This document shows positions 1 through 8,664 of a DNA stretch of 55,363 nucleotides, in pieces. The stretch's first letter is position 1, and each line of letters starts with the position of its first letter. The notes beneath the pieces were generated by a model. That model saw only the letters and a list, made by a program, of their open reading frames with translations. It was not told the origin of the DNA and ran no database searches. The stretch lies in NCBI GenBank assembly GCA_964549945.1, contig CAZJXD010000003.1, positions 64,328 through 119,690 of the forward strand, given 5' to 3'. This DNA is from an uncultured Desulfobacteraceae bacterium. GTDB taxonomy: Bacteria; Desulfobacterota; DSM-4660; Desulfatiglandales; B25-G16. Position numbers and translations under genes: made by a program.

Positions 1-187
1 TGAAGAGATTTGGGCGGGCCAGGCATTGTTTTAGATTAAGGTAAGGGTTGGTGAACCGATGGGGAACGGAGGCAGGCCTGTTTTCTAGTGTTGATATTCT
101 TGCTTTGGAAATAGAATTTTCCTCCTTTAAGCATTATCTCGACTTGATCCTCGCTATCTTACAACTTTGAACAATGTGCTACTCACC

Positions 188-1111
188 CTACCCCGTTACC
201 AGGCTTCCTATGAGATGGTTGATATCGCTGATATTCTCCCTTTCGCAGTAATCCCTCAGCCCATTTACGATCTCGAGTGCCGCCCTTGGGTTGATGAAGT
301 TCGCGGTCCCCACCTGAATGGCCCGCGCCCCCACCAGGAGGAACTCGAGGGCATCCTGGTAGTTCATAATGCCTCCCAGGCCGATCACGGGGACCTTCAC
401 GGCTTCAACCACCCTGTAAGTGAGATAAAGGGCCATGGGTTTGATGGCAGGGCCGGAGAGGCCGCCTACTCTGTTTGCCAGTTTGGGACGTCTTGTGGCG
501 ATATCCACTGACATGCCCAGAAACGTGTTGGTCACGGAAAGCGCCCCTGCGCCGGATGATTCTACCGCCTTGGCGATCACCGTGATATCATCTACATTGG
601 GCGTGAGCTTTACGATGACCAGTTTTGCGGTGTGCTTCACGACCCCATCGGTTACCATGGCCGCGGTTTCCGGATCCGTGCCGAAGACCATGCCCCCCTT
701 CTCCACATTCGGGCAGGATATGTTCACTTCTATGGCCGAAATCCCCTCCGCCCCCTCAATTCTCCTGGCGAGCTCGCTATATTCCCCCACGGTGTGCCCA
801 TAGATATTAACGATAACAGGTGCCCTGGTATCGGCCAGCAATGGGAGCTTTTCCTCTATAAAGGCATCGATTCCGATGTTCGCGAGCCCAATGGAGTTGA
901 GCATGCCGCATGGCGTCTCTACAATCCTCGGGGGAGGATTCCCGGGGATAGGCTTCAGGGATACGCCCTTTACCACTATGGCGCCCAAGAGTGAGGGATC
1001 ATAGAAGGGGCTGAGTTCACTGCCGTACCCGAAGGTTCCCGAGGCGGCAATCACCGGATTCTTTATCCTCAATCCACCGATATCAACGGATAAGTCAGGC
1101 GTGATACCCAT
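188..1111 (-). CDS. pyrD: Dihydroorotate dehydrogenase B (NAD+), catalytic subunit
   Basis: Motifs KNPVIAASGTFGYG, EVNISCPN, GGLSGPAIKP. ATG at 1111 overlaps the pyrK stop (TAATG). Confidence 0.96.
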   Translation of the reverse strand: MGITPDLSVDIGGLRIKNPVIAASGTFGYGSELSPFYDPSLLGAIVVKGVSLKPIPGNPPPRIVETPCGMLNSIGLANIGIDAFIEEKLPLLADTRAPVIVNIYGHTVGEYSELARRIEGAEGISAIEVNISCPNVEKGGMVFGTDPETAAMVTDGVVKHTAKLVIVKLTPNVDDITVIAKAVESSGAGALSVTNTFLGMSVDIATRRPKLANRVGGLSGPAIKPMALYLTYRVVEAVKVPVIGLGGIMNYQDALEFLLVGARAIQVGTANFINPRAALEIVNGLRDYCERENISDINHLIGSLVTG

Positions 1112-1911
1112 TACAGGACCTCCCAATCGATCATCTCAGCTGAAAACACGGGGCCATCCTTGCATACGTAGTAGTATTCGGTATCTTCATTCCTGGCGGC
1201 CTTGATCGCGCAGCCCAGGCATATTCCCAGGCCGCATGCCATATAGCCTTCAAGCGAGACATAGCATGTGAGGTTCAACCTCTTTGCCTCCTGCACGATC
1301 TTCTTGAGCATGGGATTTGGCCCGCATGCATAAATGATGGGCTCCTCGGCCAAATCACGATCTATTGACTGTTCGAAGAGATCGGTGACCGTACCCCTGA
1401 ACCCCATTGAGCCATCCTCTGTTGCAAGGGACAGCGCCAGGCCCAGATCCGTTATCTGATCGATGAGGACAACCTCCTGAGATTTGGAGAAACCGAGGAG
1501 CATCTTCGCAGTGCGCCTTGCTTCCAAGGGCAAGGACTGGGCGAGGAAGAACATCGGTGCGAGGCCCATACCTCCCGCAACGAGGATTGGCTTGCCCTCG
1601 GGGGCGGGAAGGTGAAATGCCTTTCCCAATGGGCCGATCACGGAGATTTGCTCATTTTTCCTTACTAGGGAAAGAAGGGAAGTTCCCCTCCCCACTATCC
1701 GGTAGAGGACCAATATGGTGTTTCCTTCCACAATGCCGTGAATGGAAAAGGGTCTCCGTAAAAGGGGGTCCTGTGAAACGCCCTCTATTCGTATCATCAA
1801 AAACTGACCTGGTTTGGCAAGCGATGCCAGGCCTTCGGAGCGGAATCCCAAAAGCCAGATGCCCGTTCCTATCTGTCGATTGAATTCTATGGATACGGTT
1901 TCCTCTATCAT
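1111..1911 (-). CDS. pyrK: Dihydroorotate dehydrogenase electron transfer subunit
   Basis: LRRPFS FAD motif, GGMGLAP, ACGP, and MACGLGICLGC...CKDGPVF 2Fe-2S motif. Adjacent to pyrD. Confidence 0.95.
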   Translation of the reverse strand: MIEETVSIEFNRQIGTGIWLLGFRSEGLASLAKPGQFLMIRIEGVSQDPLLRRPFSIHGIVEGNTILVLYRIVGRGTSLLSLVRKNEQISVIGPLGKAFHLPAPEGKPILVAGGMGLAPMFFLAQSLPLEARRTAKMLLGFSKSQEVVLIDQITDLGLALSLATEDGSMGFRGTVTDLFEQSIDRDLAEEPIIYACGPNPMLKKIVQEAKRLNLTCYVSLEGYMACGLGICLGCAIKAARNEDTEYYYVCKDGPVFSAEMIDWEVL

Positions 1912-2210
1912 GCTCTCACCTAGGGAGGGCTAAAATCAGGTGCATATTATTATTACTTTCGAAGGCCTGTCAAATAAAGGATTCAGTGGAAAGATATAAG
2001 CAGGGTCATGGGTAGCGATCTTCCTGGAAACGACGGGGACATGTACGCGACACACAGTGGCCTTATCAGGGGGTTCGCGATGCCATAGTGCCTCTGGTGC
2101 GAGGCTCTTGGCGCCATCCGCCGGATACGGCGTTGGAATAGTAACAGCTCCACAGGGACACGTCGTTACCTCATAGGATACATATATGGCTACTAAAAGG
2201 TGAGGACCCT

Positions 2211-2480
2211 GGTCGTGCATCCTTCTTCGAACAGAAACAGGGGCGATCTCACGGCAGGAACAGGTTAGTGGGCCAGATTGCTTCGTGATGCAGAGTGAAT
2301 TACTTACCGCTGCTTCCTCCCGGACCTGACGGGGTTCATAATCCTCTGTCACACGAGATCCAACCCCCTGTCTCACCGGAAGAATTGGCCCTTGTTTGCT
2401 GTTTCTCAGAAAGGATTTTCAACCCCGCATAAGCGGATTTCGGGTTACAGGGCACCGCTAGCTCCCCGCCTAGCACGACC
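2211..2480 (-). ncRNA. ffs: Large bacterial SRP RNA (Alu-domain-containing, Bacillus scRNA type)
   Basis: Minus strand begins GGTCGTGCTAGGCGGGGAGCTAGCGGTGCCCTGTAACCCGAAATCCGC (Alu-like). It contains the S-domain core GAACCCCGTCAGGTCCGGGAGGAAGCAGCGGTAAG (2337-2303) and ends GCACGACC, which pairs with the 5' end. Confidence 0.93.
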
Positions 2481-2502
2481 AAGGAATGGTTAAGGCATGG
2501 AT

Positions 2503-2784
2503 TTACTCGGTATTATCGACCCTCTCTTTTAACTCTCTGCCTACCTTAAAAAATGGAAGTTTTTTTCCGTCAACCCTTATAATCTTTCCTGTTTTGGGAT
2601 TTCTTCCGTTATAGCTGTCATAATTTTTTATCTTAAAGCTGCCCAATCCTCGTACCTCTATCCGGCTCCCGCCCGTGAGAGATTTTTCCATCTCCCTGAA
2701 AAAGGTATTGACCACGTCTTCCGCTGTCTTGATGGTGAGCTTTTCTGCCTTTGCCAGTGCCTCTACCAATTGGGATTTGTTCAT
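2503..2784 (-). CDS. HU/IHF family DNA-binding protein (IHF beta-like)
   Basis: MNKSQLVEAL, IEVRGLGSF, GRNPKTG and PFFKVGRELKERV signature motifs. Confidence 0.93.
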   Translation of the reverse strand: MNKSQLVEALAKAEKLTIKTAEDVVNTFFREMEKSLTGGSRIEVRGLGSFKIKNYDSYNGRNPKTGKIIRVDGKKLPFFKVGRELKERVDNTE

Positions 2785-2848
2785 GATGCCCCCTCGCCCA
2801 AGAAGGAAAAAGTCAAAAGAATAGACACCTTAGACGGAAATAGAGTAT

Positions 2849-2877
2849 TTTATAAATAATACCTGAAACCGTGTCAA
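2849..2877 (-). promoter_or_regulatory. Sigma70-type promoter for HU/IHF gene (and possibly ffs)
   Basis: Minus strand TTGACA-17 nt-TATAAA. Confidence 0.6.
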
Positions 2878-2901
2878 GACAAAATACCCTGGTAGATCCA
2901 C

Positions 2902-3318
2902 CTAGGGAGTGATTTTGAACTCCAGGGTCTTCAAGACCTCATCCGCGGGTCCGAGCACATCCACATGCCAATCTCCGATTTCATGGGCCTGAATCCTCTT
3001 CGAGCTATAGGTACGCCAGTTGGAGGATTTTACCGAGAGCGTCACCTTGGCCCTCTGCATACTTCCGAAATACCAGACATGGGATATCTGGGTAGGACTT
3101 TGGGCACCTGTAATCTTGGTGAAGCAAACGAGCTTGCCTACCGAGGCCTCAAAGCTATCACCGGCACCGACGGGTTGTCGATCAACCACGTCTTTACAGA
3201 TGAATGCTTCCGCTACTACCAGAGGGGCAGGCTCCTGGGCCATGCTCGTCACCACATGTGACAGGGGAATGATGATCAGAGCGATAATAATGAGAAGCAC
3301 ATAATAAGTTCGTTTCAT
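2902..3318 (-). CDS. Exported DUF2914-family protein
   Basis: N-terminal hydrophobic signal, ISHVWYF, WRTYSSK, GDWHVDV. SD AAGGAG precedes the ATG at 3318. Confidence 0.75.
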   Translation of the reverse strand: MKRTYYVLLIIIALIIIPLSHVVTSMAQEPAPLVVAEAFICKDVVDRQPVGAGDSFEASVGKLVCFTKITGAQSPTQISHVWYFGSMQRAKVTLSVKSSNWRTYSSKRIQAHEIGDWHVDVLGPADEVLKTLEFKITP

Positions 3319-3467
3319 AGCGTCTCTCCTTCTTTTAAAGAGTTTATCTCCATCTTTCGGCACATGCTGATATGGCTTTTAAGGATCACCCAGTGAAACC
3401 AACATGGTGTTCCCTCACTCAAGGGCCAGCGAGAAAGACAAAAGGGCAGTTGAGAGGCAGCCTCCAG

Positions 3468-3653
3468 TTACAACTCCTTTTTCACCAGGGGTTTTCCGCA
3501 GCAGGAAAATTCCGCGGGATCGCTGCAAGGTTCACAGCCGCACTCCTCGAGCGGAGTGCCCACCTCATCGCATTCCTTGATCACCTGAAGTTCAAGGCCG
3601 CAATCCTCACACACGTAAATCTCGCCTTTTTTCATCTCGTGGCAACTCGGCAT
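3468..3653 (-). CDS. Small Cys-rich desulforedoxin-like metal-binding protein
   Basis: GEIYVCEDCG...CCGKPL pattern, 9 Cys in 61 aa, AGGAGG SD upstream. Confidence 0.75.
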   Translation of the reverse strand: MPSCHEMKKGEIYVCEDCGLELQVIKECDEVGTPLEECGCEPCSDPAEFSCCGKPLVKKEL

Positions 3654-3972
3654 GGTACACACCTCCTGTTACAATTAGAAACACAGCGCACAAAAAATAG
3701 AGCACAAGGCGCACGGTCTTATGTCTTGTGCGTTTGGCCTGTTCAAATATATCTTAAAATAACAAAAACGAAGCGCGCATTCAAGTTATAAAATCGCTTC
3801 ATAACCCCTTTGAGCCAAAGAAAATAGACCGGCATGAAGAGGAGAGAAAAACTATTGAAGAGACTGCCCCATCCTTGATAGAATTCTTGTAGTTATCCAT
3901 GAACCTGATAGACGATATCATAGATGGAAACAAAGCCTATATGGATATGATTACAATAGAAGGAGCTATCCA

Positions 3973-4767
3973 ATGACAGGAACCAGAAGATTTCTCGTTG
4001 ATGTGGGCATCAAGGATCTCCCCTTTCCCATGAGGGTAGTCTCTGGGGTTGACCCGGAGGGACAGCATACGATCGCCAATATCTCGGTCTCCGCCCGGAT
4101 CATGCGCGAGTTCGAGGCGAGATGGATCGACAAGTTCATCCAGATCATCCACCGGCACAAGGACAGGATCGGCACCAGGACCCTGAGCGAGAATATCATA
4201 GATTATCTCAAAGAGCTTGAGGCCACCGCGGTGAAGGTCGATTTCACCTATCCCTATTTCGTTGAGAAATCGACGCCAGTGTCCAGGGAAAAGTGCCTGG
4301 TGCGGTATCTGTGCACCTATGCGGCAAGGGCCTTTTCCATGACCGAGAGAGCGAAGAAACGCTTCACCATGGAAATCCCCGTGATTACCACCTACCCCGG
4401 ATCAGACCCGGAGAAACCAGGCGGGCTGTTTGGACAGTTGAGCGTGGTGGAACTTGAGGTGGAATCAAAGAGGGACATCTATCCCGAGGATCTCGTTGAG
4501 ATGGTGGATCGGCACGCGCTCATGCCCATTTACTCCTTTCTGACCGAAGAGGATCAGATCTATGTCATCCAGAAGATTCATAGCGAGGAGAAATCGAGCG
4601 TGGTGGTGACCGATGAGATCAAGAATGAGCTCTCCAAGAATCCCGATGTCGACTGGTACTCGGTGCGATCCTCGAACTACGGCATGCTTCATTCATACAG
4701 CACGATCATCGGCACCGAGAAGACCATGTGGGTTCCCTCAAGTGGGTTTGATAATGAGGGGATATAA
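3973..4767 (+). CDS. GTP cyclohydrolase I type 2 (FolE2/MptA)-fold protein, catalytic motifs degenerate
   Basis: DVGIKDL, FTYPYFVEKSTPVS, EDLVEMV and PIYSFL..EDQ match the FolE2 layout. AAGGAG SD upstream. Confidence 0.8.
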   Translation: MTGTRRFLVDVGIKDLPFPMRVVSGVDPEGQHTIANISVSARIMREFEARWIDKFIQIIHRHKDRIGTRTLSENIIDYLKELEATAVKVDFTYPYFVEKSTPVSREKCLVRYLCTYAARAFSMTERAKKRFTMEIPVITTYPGSDPEKPGGLFGQLSVVELEVESKRDIYPEDLVEMVDRHALMPIYSFLTEEDQIYVIQKIHSEEKSSVVVTDEIKNELSKNPDVDWYSVRSSNYGMLHSYSTIIGTEKTMWVPSSGFDNEGI

Positions 4768-4768
4768 T

Positions 4769-4951
4769 CTACTCCCATATCGAGGTGAGGTCTATATATT
4801 CCCTGGCGATATCTTCCCGCATGGAGATCTTATCCGCATCGTCTTTGGTGAGCGGGGCCTGTAAAACCTTATACCCGATCTTGCCGGGATCCCCTGATGC
4901 TCCGATTACTGCAACCGACTGCGGCTCGAAAAGGAACTCCATATCCGTCAT
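4769..4951 (-). pseudogene. Collapsed remnant of ADP-forming acyl-CoA synthetase (CoA-binding N-terminus)
   Basis: LFEPQSVAVIGAS..GKIGYKVL is the typical N-terminus, but the ORF is only 60 aa. Confidence 0.65.
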
Positions 4952-5253
4952 TCCACGCTACCCCCTGAAGCTTATCTCTCTGGCTTAATAATAATGAAGA
5001 AGTGGTTAATGTAAATAGGGTAGAGCCTGTATTTTTTTTTAAAAGATACTGCATTTTGAGCTGAAAAGGCTTTTGAGTTAAGTGAGAAGGGATAATAAGC
5101 CGCATGAAATCGGCAAAAAGAGTTCCCTCATCCACGGAGGATATGTATAATCAACTGAAATAAGGATAATCATTGTCAGCTTCTTTTCATCGGGCTTCTC
5201 ACCGATAAGCCTCTCGAAAGAGGGGGGAGGGCTTTACAAGCCTTTATACCACA

Positions 5254-5913
5254 ATGACACCAACAATCACATTCGCTAAATCATCCGAATACACGGCCCA
5301 GTACCCGGAGGTTGCCTTTGGGCTTGCCCTCATCTCGGGCTGTCAGAACTTCCATAATCCCCCGGGCTTTGATCAGCACAAACGGAGGCTTCTCAGGAGG
5401 ATGAGGAAGAGGGAGACCCTGACGGAGATCACAGGGCGAATAGAGATCTACGATCGGTTCTTCAATCGCTTCGGCCATCCATGCCCCCTTCCGCAACACC
5501 TCAAGAGGACGGTACGCAGCGGCTTCCCGAGATACAATCTCATGGTAGATGCCCACTTCATGGCGGAGATGTGCGCAGGCATCCTGGTTGCCGTTTCCGA
5601 CTACGATCGTTTTGAGGGGGCGTTAACCCTGGACCTGGCAGATGAAGGAGAACACTGCATAGGGTTAGGCAACCGGGATATGGTGACCGGACAGGGGGAG
5701 ATCGTGCTGAGGGATGAGCGAGAGATCGTCTGTATCCTCTGTCAAGGTCCTGATGAAAAGACAAGGGCAACAGAGGACACCCGCAATGTCCTTTACTATG
5801 CCTATGCAGTCCCGGGTATTGGCGCTCGGTATCTGGAGGAAGGCCTCACCATTGCAGCGCAAACTACTTCTGAATTCGGAGGAGGTGCTATCGAGACAAT
5901 AACAGTTTCCTAG
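5254..5913 (+). CDS. Stand-alone B3/B4 (PheRS beta editing-like) domain protein
   Basis: FPRYNLMVDA, DYDRFEGALTL, GEIVLRD, and QGPDEKTRATEDTRNVL. Confidence 0.8.
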   Translation: MTPTITFAKSSEYTAQYPEVAFGLALISGCQNFHNPPGFDQHKRRLLRRMRKRETLTEITGRIEIYDRFFNRFGHPCPLPQHLKRTVRSGFPRYNLMVDAHFMAEMCAGILVAVSDYDRFEGALTLDLADEGEHCIGLGNRDMVTGQGEIVLRDEREIVCILCQGPDEKTRATEDTRNVLYYAYAVPGIGARYLEEGLTIAAQTTSEFGGGAIETITVS

Positions 5914-6002
5914 AGGCCTTATAAAGAATAGTCTCCACCCACTTGTTGCATTCTCTTTCCTACAAATGCCAGAATGCTCGCGTCTCCCTAAAGAAGGAAA
6001 TT

Positions 6003-7052
6003 TTACTCTATGGTGATCCTCCCCTTGGGTTGTTCTACCACTTCACCGATTATGGCAGCATCCTTAATGCCTTGTTGATGGAGCCGTTCGAGTAAGACAG
6101 GTGCCTGAGCCTCGGGAACGGAGATGAGCAGTCCGCCTGATGTCTGCGCGTCAAAAAGGATCAGCAGCTTTTCATCTGATATCTCAGAGGCATGCTCTAT
6201 CATGGGGAGGCGAAAATCCCGATTTCGAATGGTGCCCCCGGGCACAAGTCCCATCTTCGCGTACTCTTCTGTGCCGGGGAGAATAGGAATCTTTGACGTG
6301 TAGACCGCCATCCCCACATCCTCTCCCTCGATCATCTCGCAGGCATGGCCCAGGAGTCCGAAGCCCGTGACATCGGTGCAGGCGTGAACTTCCATCTCTG
6401 TCATCAACTCCGATGCCGTTTTGTTCAGGGCAGTCATGCACTCAACAGAGCCGGCTACTGATCTCTCATCTGCCATTGCTCCCTTGAGCGCGGTATTAAT
6501 GATCCCCGTACCCAGGGGCTTGGTAAGGATAAGCGTATCGCCCGCCCTGGCGCCCGTATTTCTGATCACCTTTTGTGGGTGGATGGTGCCCGCTACGGAG
6601 AGCCCGTACTTGAGCTCATTATTATCAACGCTGTGGCCCCCCACGAGGAGCACTCCTGCTTCTCGCATCTTATCCAGACCACCCCTGAGCACCTCCTGCA
6701 GTATGGAGATATCCATTGTTTTGATGGGGAAGCAGATGATATTCATGGCCGCGATCGGTGTGCCGCCCATGGCGTAGACATCGGACAGGGAGTTTGCCGC
6801 CGCAATCTGGCCGAAGGTGTAGGGATCATCCACTATCGGGGTAAAGAAATCCAATGAGAGCACTATCGCCAGATCCTCCCTCAGTTTATACACCCCGGCG
6901 TCCTCCGCGTGTTCCATTCCCACGATCAGGTTTGGATCGGAGATGAGCGGCAATCTGGACAGTGCCCTATGCAGGTCTCCCGGACCTATCTTGCAGGCTC
7001 ACCCTGCACCGCTCACCGTTTCAGTGAGCCGTATATGTTCCTCGTTGCCCAT
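6003..7052 (-). CDS. selD: Selenide, water dikinase (selenophosphate synthetase), selenocysteine-containing, 349 aa
   Basis: From ATG 7052 the frame reads MGNEEHIRLTETVSGAG-UGA(7001-6999)-ACKIGPGDL into the 316-aa ORF. Motifs DFFTPIVDD, ANSLSDVYAMGG, TDVTGFGLLGH, DAQTSGGLL. Confidence 0.95.
6963..6998 (-). promoter_or_regulatory. Bacterial SECIS-like hairpin 3' of the selD UGA
   Basis: After the TGA: GCCTGCAAGATAGGTC-CGGGA-GACCTGCATAGGGCA, an AGGTC/GACCT stem with a G-rich apical loop. Confidence 0.7.
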
Positions 7053-7343
7053 TTGAGATCCTTTTTACGGTCATTATGCTATGATATATCTATAGTATCT
7101 CTAGTTTCCCCTGCAATCCCTTGAGGAAGATATATTAGGTATATTAATAAGTCAAATTAGAATATTAAATAATAAAGGCATTAGTTATAGAGGGAATCAA
7201 TAGAAAGCGGAGGGGTTGGGTGTTGAACGTGCCCAAGATAGAGAAGCGAGTTATCAAGGTTTTGACCTGTGATCCTTCGAGGGGAGAAAAGGGCGAGGGC
7301 CGTGAGATTTGTTCGTAGGATGAGGGGAGGCGTGTTGCTGGGC

Positions 7344-8243
7344 TCAAAGGCTGAACCTTTTTTCCTCCAGGAATTTGAGGAGTGCCTCTATTGCCGGGGA
7401 ATGAGACCTTCCCCGCCGATGGACCGTAAAGAATTCACGCTGCAATTCCAGACCCTTGACTGGTACTTTCTTCAAAAGACCCAGCTTGATCTCCTTTTCT
7501 ATCGCCCTTTCCGAGATAATGGAAACTCCGGCTCCACTTTCCACTGCTTTCTTCACCGCTGCCGTGCTTCCCATCCTCATCACGATGTTGAGATCCGTTT
7601 CCTTCACGCCGATCTCCCTCAACCTGCGCTCTACCGTACCCCTTGTGCCGGAGCCGCTTTCGCGCAGGATAAAGGGGACTTTTCTTAGCTCTCCCACCGT
7701 GATCTGATCGTGTGGAAGCAATGGAGAGTGAACAGGAGCAATCAGCACGAGCTTCTCAGTGGAAAAACCGTGGAACACCAGCTTCTCGCTTCCTTCTCTT
7801 TGACCCACGACCCCTACCTCTACCTCATTCTCGATGACCTTTCGAATAATCTCCTTCGTATCGCCGATCGCGAGGTTGATTTCGATGCCGGGGTACTTTC
7901 CCTTGAACTCCGCCAGCAGACCGGGAAGGATATATTCTCCGGGAATGGTGCTCGCGCCGATTATGATCTCCCCCACGATCAATCCCTTGAGCTGCGCAAT
8001 AGCCTGCTCGGCTTCATCGGCGATTTGAAGGATTTTTCTGGCATACCCATACAGCAGCTTTCCGCTTCCGGTAACGCTCACCTCTCTGCCTTGTCGATCC
8101 AACAATCTCGTACCTAACTCTTGCTCAAGCGCTCTGATCTGAAGGCTCACGGTTGGCTGGCTCAAAAATACCGCTTCGCTTGCCCTTGAGAAGCTCTTCT
8201 TCTCAACTACCGCGCAGAAAACCCTAAGCTGATTGAACTCCAT
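7344..8243 (-). CDS. LysR-family regulator (selenium-metabolism-associated/CysL-like type)
   Basis: LysR HTH (SFSRASEAVFLSQPTVSLQI), IGASTIPGEYILP, LRESGSGTR. Upstream of selD on the same strand. Confidence 0.9.
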   Translation of the reverse strand: MEFNQLRVFCAVVEKKSFSRASEAVFLSQPTVSLQIRALEQELGTRLLDRQGREVSVTGSGKLLYGYARKILQIADEAEQAIAQLKGLIVGEIIIGASTIPGEYILPGLLAEFKGKYPGIEINLAIGDTKEIIRKVIENEVEVGVVGQREGSEKLVFHGFSTEKLVLIAPVHSPLLPHDQITVGELRKVPFILRESGSGTRGTVERRLREIGVKETDLNIVMRMGSTAAVKKAVESGAGVSIISERAIEKEIKLGLLKKVPVKGLELQREFFTVHRRGRSHSPAIEALLKFLEEKRFSL

Positions 8244-8253
8244 ATCCCTCCAT

Positions 8254-8529
8254 TTACTCCGGTGACCATTGCACCTTTTCGAGGATTTCCCTTACAAAGG
8301 GGAGCACATATACCTCATCTCTATTAAAGGACGAGAGCGCCCTGGCCAGGATTTGTATACGTCTTTCAATCGGCTCAGATCGATCCAGAAAGACCTTGTA
8401 GGTGCCTTTCACCTTGCACAAGCCTCCCCCAGTGGAATACTCATCTGCTCCAAGTCTTTGGTATACAACTTCAACGCCAAGCTTGCGTGCAAGGCCTTCA
8501 AGATGTTCTAATACCTTATATGGCTCCAT
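8254..8529 (-). CDS. Small hypothetical protein
   Basis: 91-aa ORF (GGGLCKVKG motif) ending 10 nt before the LysR start. Confidence 0.7.
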   Translation of the reverse strand: MEPYKVLEHLEGLARKLGVEVVYQRLGADEYSTGGGLCKVKGTYKVFLDRSEPIERRIQILARALSSFNRDEVYVLPFVREILEKVQWSPE

Positions 8530-8664
8530 GGTAGGTAGTTATTCAGAAGGAGAAGGAGTTCCTCTCTTCATGTTTCTTGCCAGCACAGCAGGATGCTGTG
8601 TGAACGAGATGGACCCTGTAGAATAGTATTGGACTTTTTTCTATACACCTTTCAATCGCGCATC

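Noticed and set aside
1990-2165. Possible 6S or other ncRNA between ffs and pyrK
   Set aside because: I could not find the long closing stem or conserved 6S motifs by eye. An Rfam scan would be needed.
1936-2376. 146-aa ORF on the minus strand
   Set aside because: Overlaps the SRP RNA, has no recognisable motif and no good start. Probably spurious.
6003-6953. 316-aa SelD as given in the ORF track
   Set aside because: Lacks the catalytic N-terminus. The real gene starts at 7052 and reads through UGA.
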